Positions 11,970 through 22,620 of a DNA stretch of 25,230 nt are shown here, one piece after another. The DNA comes from Octopus sinensis (taxonomy: Eukaryota). Position numbers and translations under genes: made by a program. The notes under the pieces were generated by a model, which was given only the letters and a program-made list of their open reading frames with translations, made no database searches and was not told where the DNA came from. The stretch covers positions 1 through 25,230 of the forward strand of contig NW_021836209.1 in assembly GCF_006345805.1 (NCBI RefSeq), in the 5' to 3' direction. Within the stretch, counting starts at the first letter, position 1, and every line of letters begins with the position of its first letter.

Positions 11970-12129
11970 ATGAGTGCAGGTGTGGCTTTGTGGTTGGGAA
12001 GTTGGCTTCCCACTCATATGATCCTGGGTTCAGTCCCACTGTGTGGCACCTTGGGCAAGTGTCTTCTACTACATCCCCAGACCAAGCACAGCCTTGGGAG
12101 TGGATTTGGTAGACAGAAACTGAAAGAAG
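11970..12129 (+). mobile_element. tRNA-derived CORE-like SINE 5' part
   Basis: B-box gggttcagtccc followed by gtggcaccttgggcaagtgtctt, resembling the CORE/MIR TGACCTTGGGCAAGT domain. Homologous to the heads at 20480-20610 and 21115-21270. Confidence 0.8.
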
Positions 12130-12235
12130 GTGGCGTGCTGGCAGAATCGTTAGCACGCCGGGCGAAATGCTTAGCGGTATTTCATCTGCCGCTACGTTCT
12201 GTGTTCAAATTCCACCGTGGTCGCCATTGCCTGAA
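12130..12235 (+). mobile_element. 5' head of the second SINE family, joined directly to the preceding SINE head
   Basis: tggcgtgctggcagaatcgttagcacgccgggcgaaatgcttagcggtatttc matches 17463-17550. Confidence 0.85.
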
Positions 12236-12279
12236 GGCAAAACTGCACCAGGAATGGGTTTCAATTCCTATATATATAC

Positions 12280-12470
12280 CTTTTATCTTCTACTTTTGTC
12301 ATTTGACTGCAGCTATGCTGGGGCATATGGAATATGAAAGAGAGAGATAAGAAGGGTTTTAGTCGAACAATTGTTTTTAATGTCTGGGACTTATTCTATT
12401 GGTCTCCTTTGCACCAAACCTCAAAGTTATGGGGAATGTAAACACACCAACACTGGTTATCAACTGGCGG
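12280..12470 (-). mobile_element. SINE 3' half
   Basis: gtcatttgactgcagctatgctgggg...ttattctattggtctc...taaacacacc is homologous to 20250-20400. Confidence 0.75.
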
Positions 12471-12725
12471 TAAAGAGACTTGCTTTACCAAAAGGTGAGG
12501 GCGCCTCACTCCCAGTGGTCTTTCAGCACGCCAGACACCATCCCGGAATTTCTGCGTACCCGTGCTAACATTTATTGGATGGCCGTTGACTCTCAAGAGG
12601 TCCTCCGCCCTTTGACGGGTTTTGTTTTTCCTCCCGCAGGGTGTCCAATAAACACCCTCCTCACCAAGCAAGCTTGTATTGGGTTACATGTTACCAATAG
12701 CACTCGAAAGGGACCTGACTGCTAC
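12470..12725 (-). mobile_element. Interspersed repeat fragment, possibly the 5' region of an RTE-like LINE
   Basis: GC-rich island in a repeat cluster. The minus translation GTQKFRDGVWRAERPLGVRRPHLLVK resembles LINE 5' regions only from memory. Confidence 0.35.
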
Positions 12726-12804
12726 GGACATATGAACTAACTGTTCATGATATATATCGAAAAATCACTAGTCATACGAAAAAATCAAAAATGAATTCAC
12801 TTAC

Positions 12805-12896
12805 CTTCGAGTCCAAATAACTTTCAAAGAGATTTCCAGAGAAACTGAAGATTTAAAACAACTGAAAAAGTCATCGTTTTTTCCACTGTTTTTCAT
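12805..12896 (-). CDS. Candidate first coding exon (MKNSGKNDDFFSCFKSSVSLEISLKVIWTR)
   Basis: ATG at 12896 is preceded by an in-frame TAA and the frame is open to a consensus donor GAAG|GTAAGT (GT at 12804-12803). It is phase 2, matching the exon at 173. It could instead be a non-coding exon. Confidence 0.3.
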
Positions 12897-13171
12897 TTAA
12901 AGATGGCTTTCGTTACATCATCCTAAAGACAATGCCTAAGCCCATTCTACGGCAAAAAAACAACTTAACTATTCTTAACCTTTTGTACTTTTTGGTCAGA
13001 AACATTTTGGAGCTAAAGTAAACAATCATCACGATATCGACCTCTATTGATGTTTGGGAACTGGTCTGCCATTTCAGAAAGTATATATATTCAGACCAAA
13101 TCAGCTACTTGTGCTGAAACAGATCTTCCCATCGTGACATCAAAATCATCGGGTGTGTCTTTATGGAACCA

Positions 13172-13365
<194 letters not shown>

Positions 13366-14520
13366 CTCAGGGGGCGATTCCAGGTCATCAGCGTCACACG
13401 GGCTCATCACAGTCTTCGTAAGACACATTTTTACTCGAAGAATTTCACGTTTTCGCGCTTTATTTCTCCCCAAATGGCTTATTTTTCTTACATCTAACAC
13501 GATGTCTTTCTCCGCTTCTAAGTTAAAGATTAAAATAAGCAACCCTGCAAAACACGACTGATCTTTGCGCACAGATGCACAGAGTAAGAGCAATGAAATT
13601 ACGACAGCGGAGTGCACAAGCAAACATCAGCGATCTGACTGTCGCTTGTAATCTTGACAAGAGATGCCAGTTTGTCTTTTACACCTACCAGGCTCGTTCC
13701 TATTAGCCCGAGTTGCTGGATAAATTTCGTTCCGGATCTTTTCTGTTTGAACGGCAGTTTAGTTTTTAAAGTAATTCCACGTAACTAAACACTTTTAAAC
13801 TTCGTATACTGGTAGAATGTGTTTATAAAACATCTTTTTCTCTTGGCTTTATTGAGAAAATTCTATAGTATGTAAGATATTTGTTGTTTTTTTCTACAAT
13901 TTCTGCAATTTCAACCTATCAATGATGTCTATTGAGGTAAAAAAAAAACATTCTGTGCCGTATGAATATGTCCCTCGTTTAAGAAAGAGATTGGGTTTAT
14001 TTACATGTCTGAAGAAATAAATATACCCTCCCCTCACCCCTAACCCTAACCCTAACTGACCCTAAAACAGATCGAAATGCAATAGATCGATACTAGGGTC
14101 ATAACTATGGGTGACAATTTCATATAACGTTCCTTTAAGAATATTACAGAACGGAAACTTTTCATGGATTTGAATTTAAATATTAATCTCTCGAAAAATT
14201 TATAGTTTCAAGAAAATATTGTATTTGAATTAATTTTAATTTTGACGATTATTGATAACAACTCGGGCTGTAACTTCTGAGCCCGAGTCAGGCGCGTGTG
14301 AACGATGTCGAGAGAACGTCTACTACGAATGATATTTTCTGACACAGACGGTGAACGAAAATAAACCAACAGCGACCAGGCTCAATAAAAGGAGCCCAAG
14401 TTATTGGCTGCAATTACATACTTGAAGTCAGTGTTGGCAGAAATCAGCTTATAAATACACGTCTACCTTATTAAATTTATATTCGGGCTAAGCTCGAATG
14501 GCCCGAGTGCCGGAGTCACC
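13366..14520. promoter_or_regulatory. CpG-rich putative promoter/5' UTR region interrupted by a repeat
   Basis: About 20 CpGs in 13366-13730 and about 17 in 14260-14520 by hand count, in non-repetitive-looking sequence just upstream of a strong minus-strand donor. No TSS evidence is available. Confidence 0.4.
13734..14127. mobile_element. Non-autonomous DNA-transposon-like repeat with internal (TAACCC)3
   Basis: Starts ggatcttttctgtttgaacggcagtt and contains ccctaaccctaaccctaac at about 14038-14056. It is flanked on both sides by cgttcc (13728-13733, 14128-14133). I recall this as a common octopus repeat. No matching right TIR is visible. Confidence 0.55.
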
Positions 14521-14523
14521 ATA

Positions 14524-14569
<46 letters not shown>

Positions 14570-14573
<4 letters not shown>

Positions 14574-14796
14574 GTGAATGGAGAAATGGAGTTGAACGTC
14601 CTCGTTCGAATGCTTTGCTGCGCCTCTGTTTTGTTTGTTCTGACAACGTAATTCCTGGTTTTCCTGAAGAGAAAGTGCAATATGGTATCCTTATTTAATC
14701 AGAATTTGGAAAATTGTGGCCTTTGAAACATGTGTAGAATGTAATAAAAGGAATTCTGTACAATCTTCGTTCAACTCCATTCTTCCATTCACTAAT
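14570..14796. mobile_element. MITE with ~29-bp TIRs and a TA target-site duplication (Tc1/mariner-type)
   Basis: Left end TA|attagtgaatggagaaatggagttgaacg and right end cgttcaactccattcttccattcactaat|TA, with two mismatches. Confidence 0.85.
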
Positions 14797-14948
14797 TATT
14801 TTAAACTTGAATTATCCGCACCAACGCACGGTTGCAACACCATATGGTCTTATCTCCAACCGTGTTTTTTTCTGTTGTGATTTTTGCTACCCAGGTATCG
14901 GTTAAACTTTTGAACAATCTGTAACAAGAAAATTCATCTTTCCATTTC

Positions 14949-14979
<31 letters not shown>

Positions 14980-15005
14980 ATCAATACAAGCAACAAGGAT
15001 ATCCA

Positions 15006-15110
15006 AAGGTAGTGTAGTACAATCGTTTCATGCTACTTCATTTAATTAAACAATGTAAGTATTACATCAGATTTAAAATGTAGAGCACTCTTCAGCCACA
15101 TATGGACCTT
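15006..15110 (-). ncRNA. Type I hammerhead ribozyme motif, probably a Penelope-like element remnant
   Basis: Minus strand reads aaggt-ccata-tgtgg CTGAAGA gtgct...agcat GAAA C-gatt-GT A ctaca-ct-acctt. The core CUGANGA/GAAA, stems I and II, a minimal stem III and a GUA cleavage triplet are all present. Confidence 0.75.
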
Positions 15111-15194
15111 TTTAATTAAATTGACAATATTCATTTTTATACTTATTCCATTTGGACAGAGAGATAAAATCTATCTATCTATCTATATATATAT

Positions 15195-15280
15195 AATGGC
15201 GGTGCCCCAGCAGAATGGTGGTGCCCCAGCATGGTCACAGCTCGTGAGATGAAACTAGATAAAATAAAAATAAAATCATC
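15195..15280 (+). mobile_element. SINE 3' tip with an internal 15-bp duplication
   Basis: ggcggtgccccagca...ggtggtgccccagcatggtcacagc...gaaactagataaaa, similar to the SINE end at 17172-17210. Confidence 0.65.
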
Positions 15281-15625
15281 ATGATTGTTTAATGTCCATT
15301 ATCCATGCTAGCATGGGTTGGACGGTTCGACCGGGGATCTGGGAAGCCAGAAGCCTGCACCAGGCTCCAGTTTTATCTGGCAATGTTTCTACAGCTGGAT
15401 GCCCTTCCTAACGCCAACCAATCCGAGAGTGTAGTGGGTGCTTTTTACGTGCCACCCGCACAGGTGCCAGGCGAGGCTGGCAACGGCCACGGTCGGATTG
15501 GTGCATTTTACGTGCTACCGGCACGGAAGCCAGTCGAGGCGGCGCTGGCATCGGCCACGAGTCGGATAGTGCATTTTACGTACCACCAGACCAGGGATCC
15601 TGGCTGGTTCAATTCGATTTCGATT
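15280..15625 (-). mobile_element. RTE 3' UTR copy (inverted)
   Basis: ccatgctagcatgggttggacggttcgacc...ggatgcccttcctaacgccaacc is the reverse complement of the ends at 16290-16430 and 8860-9000. Confidence 0.85.
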
Positions 15626-15666
15626 CGAATTGAATATATATAATATATATAAAATAATATATATAT

Positions 15667-16428
15667 ATGAGAGAAATGCTGGACATAACAAGCATCGGAT
15701 GTGGCATGCAAGAAAGAAGTTTGCGCTGGTATAGTCATGTACTCCGGATGGACGAGGAGAGATGTGCGAAGAAGTGCCACTCCCAAACAGTTGAAGGTAT
15801 CCGGGGTAGAGGTAGACCCAGGAAGACATGGAATAAGGTGATCAAGCTTCATCTTCGAGCGTTGGGCCTCACAGAGGCAATGACGAAAGACGGAGACCTC
15901 TGGAGATATGCTGTGACAGCGAAGACCCGACAAATAACGTGAGGCTGTTTCCTGCACCAGCTTCACATAACAGCCCCAACCCATCGAAAATACCTTGGAT
16001 CGCAGGACGGCCTACTGTGCTTAGCTTGGATCGTAGGGTGACCTGCTGTGCTTGAGGAGACCTACTGAGTCAAGTACATCAACATCGAAATAAAAATCAA
16101 ATGGAAATTGTAGTTGTGATACCCGTGCCAGTGGCACATACAAAACACCATCTCAACGAGGCTGATGCCACCGCCGTCTTGACTGGCTTCCGTGCTGGGG
16201 GCACATAAAAAGCCAACCGATCGTGACCGTTGCCAGCCTCCTGGGGTACCTGTGCTGGTGGCACGTAAGAAGCGCCCTCTAAACTCAGAGTGGGTGGCGT
16301 TAGGAAGAGCATCCAGTTGTAGAGACAATACCTGATCAGATTGGAGCCTGGTGCAGCCTCCTGGCTTCCCAGACGACGGTCGAACCGTCCAACCCATGCT
16401 AGCATGGAAAACTGACGTTAAACGATGA

Positions 16429-16430
<2 letters not shown>
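15667..16430 (+). mobile_element. 5'-truncated RTE-clade LINE (ORF C-terminus and 3' UTR)
   Basis: LRWYSHVLRMDEERCAKK...GIRGRGRPRKTW...DLWR is a typical RTE C-terminus. The stop is at 15942 and the tail ends aaacgatgatgat. Confidence 0.9.
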
Positions 16431-16486
<56 letters not shown>

Positions 16487-16489
16487 GTG

Positions 16490-16543
<54 letters not shown>

Positions 16544-17035
16544 CACACCTACATTTCTGTGTGTATGTAATGTGGTATGTAATGTATTATGTATGTATGG
16601 GTATGTGTGTGTGTATGTACGTATGTACGTAAGTATGTGTGTATGTATATATGTATTATGTATGTATTATGTATGCGTGTATGTACGTCTGTATATACGT
16701 ATGCATGTACGTATACGTACTGTATGTATGTAGTATGTATGATGTATGTATGTATGTATACGTAAGAATGTATGTACGTAAGAATGTACGTAAGTATGTA
16801 CGTATGTATGTATGTATGTATGTGTATGTATGTATGTATGTATGTACGTATGTACGTATGTATGTATGTATGTATGTATGTATGTATGTATGTATGTATG
16901 TATGTACGTAAGAATGTACGTAAGTATGTATGTATGTATGTATGTATGTACGTATGTACGTATGTATATACGTATGCATGTACGTATGTACGTATGTATG
17001 TATGTATGTATGTGTGTGTGTGTGCGTGCGTGTAT
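16431..17035. repeat. (AT)n then (ATGT)n microsatellite with repeated cgtaagaatgtacgtaag variants
   Basis: Read directly. It is the source of many MYVC/HTYI ORFs. Confidence 0.95.
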
Positions 17036-17039
17036 TGTG

Positions 17040-17215
17040 GCTTTGTGTGTGTGTCTGTCGTTTACGTTTATCTCCATGTGACTTAGCGGTTCGCTATAAA
17101 AGGCCAATAAAATCTACCAGACAAAAATGAGAAATAACTGGTGTCAGTTTCTTAGATTAAAATTCTTCAATGCGGTGCCCCAGCGTGGCCGCAGTCTAAT
17201 AACTGAAAAAGTGAA
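17040..17215 (+). mobile_element. SINE 3' half
   Basis: gtgacttagcggttcg...gcggtgccccagcgtggccgcagtctaataactgaaa is the reverse-complement match to 20243-20380. Confidence 0.75.
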
Positions 17216-17462
17216 AAATCTACAAAATTCCTTGGTAAAACTTTAAACTAAGGGACGTAACTCTTGTACCTCCCACTGTGGCTTTACCTGCTAGAAATAG
17301 CAGCCAAAATGGTTTTAAGCCAGATCCCAATGCTGGATCTTCAAGAACCAAATGAAGAGCAGAGTTTCAATCCTGGGATCATCCTGATTCCAAAAGGTAG
17401 AATATGTCTATGTAGACTGAGGGACAGGGGTCACAGGCACAAGGGAATTTCGCTTTTATTAA

Positions 17463-18676
17463 GGCGCGAGCTGGCAGAAACGTTTGCACGCCGGGCGAAA
17501 TGCTTAGCAGTATTTCGTCTGCCTTTACGTTCTGGGTTCAAATTCCGCCGAGGTCGACTTAGCCTTTCATTCTTTCGGGGTCCATTAAATAAGTACCAGT
17601 TACGCACTGGGGTCGAAATAGGCGACTTAATCCGTTTGTCTGTCCTTGTTTGTCCTCTCTGTGTTTAGCCCCTTGTGGGTAGTAAAGAAATAGGTATTTC
17701 GTCTGCCGTTACGTTCCGAGTTCAAATTCCGCCGAGGTCGACTTTGCCTTTCATTCTTTCGGGGTCCATTAAATAAGTACCAGTTACGCACTGGGGTCGA
17801 TACAGACGACTTAATCCGTTTGTCTGTCCTTGTTTGTCCACTCTGTGTTTAGCCCCTTCTGGGTAGTAAAGAAATAGGTATTTCGTCTGCCGTTACGTTC
17901 TGAGTTCAAATTCCGCCGAGGTCGACTATGCCTTTCATCCTTTCGGGGTCCATTAAATAAGTACCAGTTACGCACTGGGGTCGATATAGTCGACTTAATC
18001 CGTTTGTCTGTCCTTGTTTGTCCCGTCTGGGTTTATCCCCTTAAGGGTAGTAAAGAAATAGGTATTTCGTCTGCCGTTACTTTCTGAGTTCAAATTCCGC
18101 CGAGGTTGACTTTGCCTTTCATCCTTTCGGGGTCCATTAAATAAGTACCAGTTACCCACTAGGGTCGATATTACCGACTTAATCCGTTTGTCTATCCTTG
18201 TTTGTCCTCTCTGTGTTTAGCCCCTTGTGGGTAGTAAAGCAATAGGTATTTCGTCTGCCGTTACGTTCTGAGTTCAAATTCCGCCGAGGTCGACTTTGCC
18301 TTTCATCCTTCGGGGTCCATTAAATAGTACCAGTTACGCACTGGGGTCGATATAGTCGACTTAATCCGTTTGTCTGTCTTGTTTGTCCCGTCTGGGTATC
18401 CCCTTAAGGGTAGTAAAGAAATAGGATTTCGTCTGCCGTTATACGTTCTGAGTTCAAATTCCGCCGAGGTTGACTTTGCCTTTCATCCTTTCGGGGTCCA
18501 TTAAATAAGTACCAGTTACCACTAGGGTCGAATTACCGACTTAATCCGTTTGTCTGTCCTTGTTTGTCCCGTCTGTGTTTAGCCCCTTGTGGGTAGTAAA
18601 GAAATAGGTATTTTCGCTCTGCCGTTAGTTCTGAGTTCAAATTCAGCGAGGTCGACTTTGCCTTTCATCCTTTCGG
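17463..18676 (+). repeat. Tandem array of a tRNA-derived SINE: one full copy, five ~184-bp 5'-truncated units and one partial unit
   Basis: The head ggcgcgagctggcagaaacg...ggttcaaattcc occurs only in unit 1. Later units start ggtatttcgtctg at about 17693, 17877, 18061, 18245, 18424 and 18607. Confidence 0.95.
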
Positions 18677-18751
18677 ATGTTATAATATAACACACTCACC
18701 GGTAAAATTCCACTTTCTTTTTTTATTGTATTGCAACCGATATATATTATA

Positions 18752-18800
<49 letters not shown>

Positions 18801-18844
18801 TATATATATCTATTATATATGTATATATATATACATACATACTT

Positions 18845-19460
18845 ATATATACAGGATGCAAGACGCAACGAAAATTTTAGACAATAAAATAAGAAAAAAG
18901 TGGGAATTTTACCGGTGAGTGTTTTAATAATAAGGCACCAAAGAAAATGATTCTCTCCAGACACAACAGAATTATTGAACTTCAGTATTACAAAAACCAA
19001 ATAATAGAAACACATTTTCTTATGCGATTTAGTGTTGCGTGACAAATTCAATTCAAAGTTTTTATTCATTCTGCAAATTTGTCCGTTGATCCCATGCTAA
19101 AAACGTCCTAACAGACATTAGTTTGAGTTTTACCTGTAGGGGGTGAAAATGAAAAAAAAATTGTCTTTGCTCCCCACTCTGGACCCCAGGATAGTCTGTG
19201 TGAAAAACAAGCCTTCTCTAATTGCAAAGAAGTAACTTTGAATGTCTGATCTTGGAGTTTATCAATGGACATCGCAAGAGACTGACGTATTGGAAATTGA
19301 GGTCGTTTGAGTTCGAAGGAATATTTGAAGGTATTAAACTTAAGTGAGGCATAAAATATCTTCACCTTTTCCAAAGACAAAAAATATTCTGGCTTCTATG
19401 ATATTCTCGTTAATTTTGGATCTTCTTTTGTTATGTCTGCTATTCATACAGGCGCACAAG
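18845..19460 (-). mobile_element. Helitron remnant (PIF1-like helicase C-terminus plus downstream non-coding region)
   Basis: Across frameshifts it reads NENIIEARI..GKGEDI..HLSLIPSNIP.ELKRPQFPIRQSLAMSIDKLQDQTFKVTSLQLEKACFSH...TGKT. This matches the Helitron helicase motif QFPVRLAFAMTINKSQGQ...CFSHGQLYVA. Confidence 0.8.
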
Positions 19461-19497
19461 AAGTGTATGAACATACACCTACTTGTGTTTGTACTTC

Positions 19498-19499
<2 letters not shown>

Positions 19500-19529
<30 letters not shown>

Positions 19530-19541
19530 TCTATCTATATC

Positions 19542-19583
<42 letters not shown>

Positions 19584-19662
19584 ATATATATATATATATC
19601 TGTATATATACATATATGAGTGCGAGTAGAGAGAGAGAGAGAAGAGAAGGAGAGAGAGAGAG
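19500..19662. repeat. (CTAT)n/(AT)n/(GA)n compound microsatellite
   Basis: Read directly. Confidence 0.9.
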
Positions 19663-19679
19663 AAATATAAGTATAGCTA

Positions 19680-19760
19680 CAGGTACATAAAATACCTTAG
19701 GGAATGTGAACTCAGGTTTCAAATTTCCCCAAGACACCTGATGAAGCCTGGAGGGTATAA
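19680..19760 (+). mobile_element. Possible Penelope-like terminal-repeat fragment
   Basis: caagacacCTGATGAaGcctggagggtata is a hammerhead-like 5' core, truncated before any GAAA. Confidence 0.35.
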
Positions 19761-20040
19761 AAAAGAACATCTAGAATCACTTCCTTGCGTCATATAAAAC
19801 GGACGTGAGAGTTTCAATTGAAATGGGTTCGTTTTTTCGCTTGCGAAGGGACACGAGCATTGGCACACCAATGACACACATACGCATGCAAGCTTCCTGC
19901 TGATACCTTTAACAATTAAACATCAACTAGCTTATAATTACATTTAATAACACACCACAACTATATAAAGTAATAACAATATCTAGTACAAACCTTTGTT
20001 ATTATTTTGTTTCAGATATGCGTGTCTGAGTATATACACC

Positions 20041-20240
20041 TATGTATGTATGTATGTATGTATGTATGTATGTATGTATGTATGTATGTATGTATGTATG
20101 TATGTATGTATGTATGAAGATATATAGACATTTATAAAGGTATATATAAAGATAGATGGATAAATAGATAGATAGATATATAGATACATATATATATATC
20201 TATATATCTATATCTATATATATATATTATATATATATAT
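20041..20240. repeat. (TATG)n, (GATA)n and (AT)n microsatellites
   Basis: Read directly. Confidence 0.9.
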
Positions 20241-20242
20241 AT

Positions 20243-20610
20243 TACTTGTTTCAGTCATTTGACTGCGGCCATGCTGGAGCACCAGCTTTAGTCGAGAAAA
20301 TCGACCCCGGGACTTATTCTTTGTAGCCCAGTACTTATTCTATCGGTCTCTTTTGCCGAACCGCTAAGTGACGGGGACGTACCACACCAGCATCGGTTGT
20401 CAGCATGCTAGGAGGACATACACAGACACACAAACACACATACATATATAATATATGTACTGTATACGATAGGCTTCTTTCAGTTTCCGTCTACCAAATC
20501 CACTCACAAGGCTTTGGTCGGCCCGGGGCTATAGCAGAAGACACTTGCCCAAGTGCCACGCAGTGGGACTGAACCCGGAACCATGGTTGGTTAGCAAGCC
20601 ACACTGCCAC
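20243..20610 (-). mobile_element. Near-full-length CORE-like tRNA SINE with a central microsatellite
   Basis: Head (ggttccgggttcagtcccactgcgtggcacttgggcaagtgtctt), central (TG/TA) tract and tail (...gctccagcatggccgcagtcaaatgactgaaacaagtaa). Confidence 0.88.
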
Positions 20611-20704
20611 TATAGCGACTATGTTTATATATTTATTGCCTAAACTGGCAAAATGACCATTCCGAATTATAACCATATATATATTTTATACATATATGGT
20701 TGTA

Positions 20705-20773
<69 letters not shown>

Positions 20774-20804
20774 TTATAATATATGTATCATATATATTGT
20801 ATAC

Positions 20805-21059
20805 TCTTTTACATGTTTCAGTCATTTGACTGTGGCCTTGCTGGGCGCACCGACTTTTGTCCAGTAGATCGACCCGAGGACCTATTATTTGTAAACCTAG
20901 TACATATTCTATCGGTCTTATATACCGAACCGCTAAGTTATGGGGACGTAAACACACCAGCATCGGTTGTGAAACTATGTTGGGAGGTCAAACACAGACA
21001 CAGTAACATACACACTCACACAACATACATACTACATACATACATACATACACATACAT

Positions 21060-21107
<48 letters not shown>

Positions 21108-21270
21108 TATATACGACGGGCTTCCTTCTGTTTCCGTGTACAAAATCCACTGACAAAGCTTTGGTCGGTCCGTAGGCTATGGTAGAAGACATTTGCCCAT
21201 GGTGCCATGTAGTGGGGTTGAACACGGAACCATGTGGTTGGTAAGCGAGCTACTTCCCATACAGACACTC
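20805..21270 (-). mobile_element. Second near-full-length CORE-like tRNA SINE
   Basis: Same organisation and homology as 20243-20610. Confidence 0.85.
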
Positions 21271-21674
21271 CTGTTTATTAACCTGACAACAAGTTGAAGG
21301 TGAGCTCTGACTGGTTGTATGCAAATTAGTTCATTAATGGGATCCGGAACACACGAGGGAGAAAAAAAAATTTCGTGGCTGGGTCAAATGAGACAATGCG
21401 ACCAACATGGGTATGAGTGGACTGTGCTCAAACACGCACAAACACCCACACATATTGATACATGCAAAAACGCACACTCGTAGCTATTTATGCTTTAAAA
21501 ATGTTGACCTTAAAACCGTGACATTCTGAAGAAATTGTATGAGTTTGTGGGTCAGCCAATATGTGTGTGTGTTGTGTGTGTGTGTGTGTGTGCTTTCATT
21601 TCTGTTTCACTGAATTTGTGAAAGAGCGACGGAGAACTTGTTGACATCGATGACAATTTTCGTATATTGCTTCT

Positions 21675-21795
21675 TTTTTTTTACCTTTTTCAGTCATTAA
21701 ATTGCGGCCATGCTGGGTTACCGCCTTGCAGTATTTTTAGTCGAACCAATTGACCTTATTAAAGTACATTTTTTCAGCCTGGTAAGTATCCGCTC
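21675..21795 (-). mobile_element. SINE 3' tail fragment
   Basis: tttcagtcattaaattgcggccatgctggg...ttagtcgaaccaattgacc. Confidence 0.7.
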
Positions 21796-21798
21796 AGT

Positions 21799-22320
<522 letters not shown>

Positions 22321-22324
22321 TTAT

Positions 22325-22620
22325 CACTACCAGCGGCCCAGTGGAAAAGAAAAATAGTCATGAGACTAAAATATTAGCTTAATTTAATTTAATTAAGCTG
22401 GTCTATCATTAAAAACGCAGAAACGATGCATCGTCTAAAAGATGAATTAGGGTAAACGTTTTTAATTTTTCACCTATTTCCGAATTACATTACTTGGCGG
22501 TTGGAGTTGTGGCTGCTCTGTCTAGTGGACGAATGGCCTGTTAAGGCCATTCCTAAATTGTTATATATTTACATTTTAGTCTCATGACTATCTTTCTTTT
22601 CCACTGGGCCGCTGGTAGTG
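22325..22620. mobile_element. MITE with 48-bp TIRs and CACTAC...GTAGTG termini (CACTA/EnSpm-like)
   Basis: TIRs 22325-22372 and 22573-22620 match at 47/48. AT flanks both sides and may be a 2-bp TSD, although the inverted match can also be extended by 6 nt of flank. Confidence 0.85.

Noticed and set aside
14038-14056. Telomeric (TAACCC)n repeat
   Set aside because: Only about three units, embedded in a dispersed repeat. This is not evidence of a telomere or fusion site.
17463-17550. tRNA genes at SINE heads (also 11970, 12130, 20600, 21260)
   Set aside because: Only A/B-box-like remnants are present, with no complete cloverleaf, and each continues into SINE body sequence.
17463-18676. CRISPR-like regular array
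   Set aside because: Units are homologous along their full 184 bp with no unique spacers, there are no cas genes, and the context is eukaryotic.
19735-19775. Second hammerhead ribozyme (CTGATGA)
   Set aside because: No stem II closure or GAAA follows, so it is truncated.
19785-19815. ETS/CRE/TATA-like motif cluster as a promoter
   Set aside because: These are short motifs with no associated exon or ORF.
21319-21326. Octamer ATGCAAAT (also 11934-11941, minus) as an snRNA distal element
   Set aside because: No snRNA-like sequence is recognisable nearby, and an 8-mer is expected by chance in AT-rich DNA.
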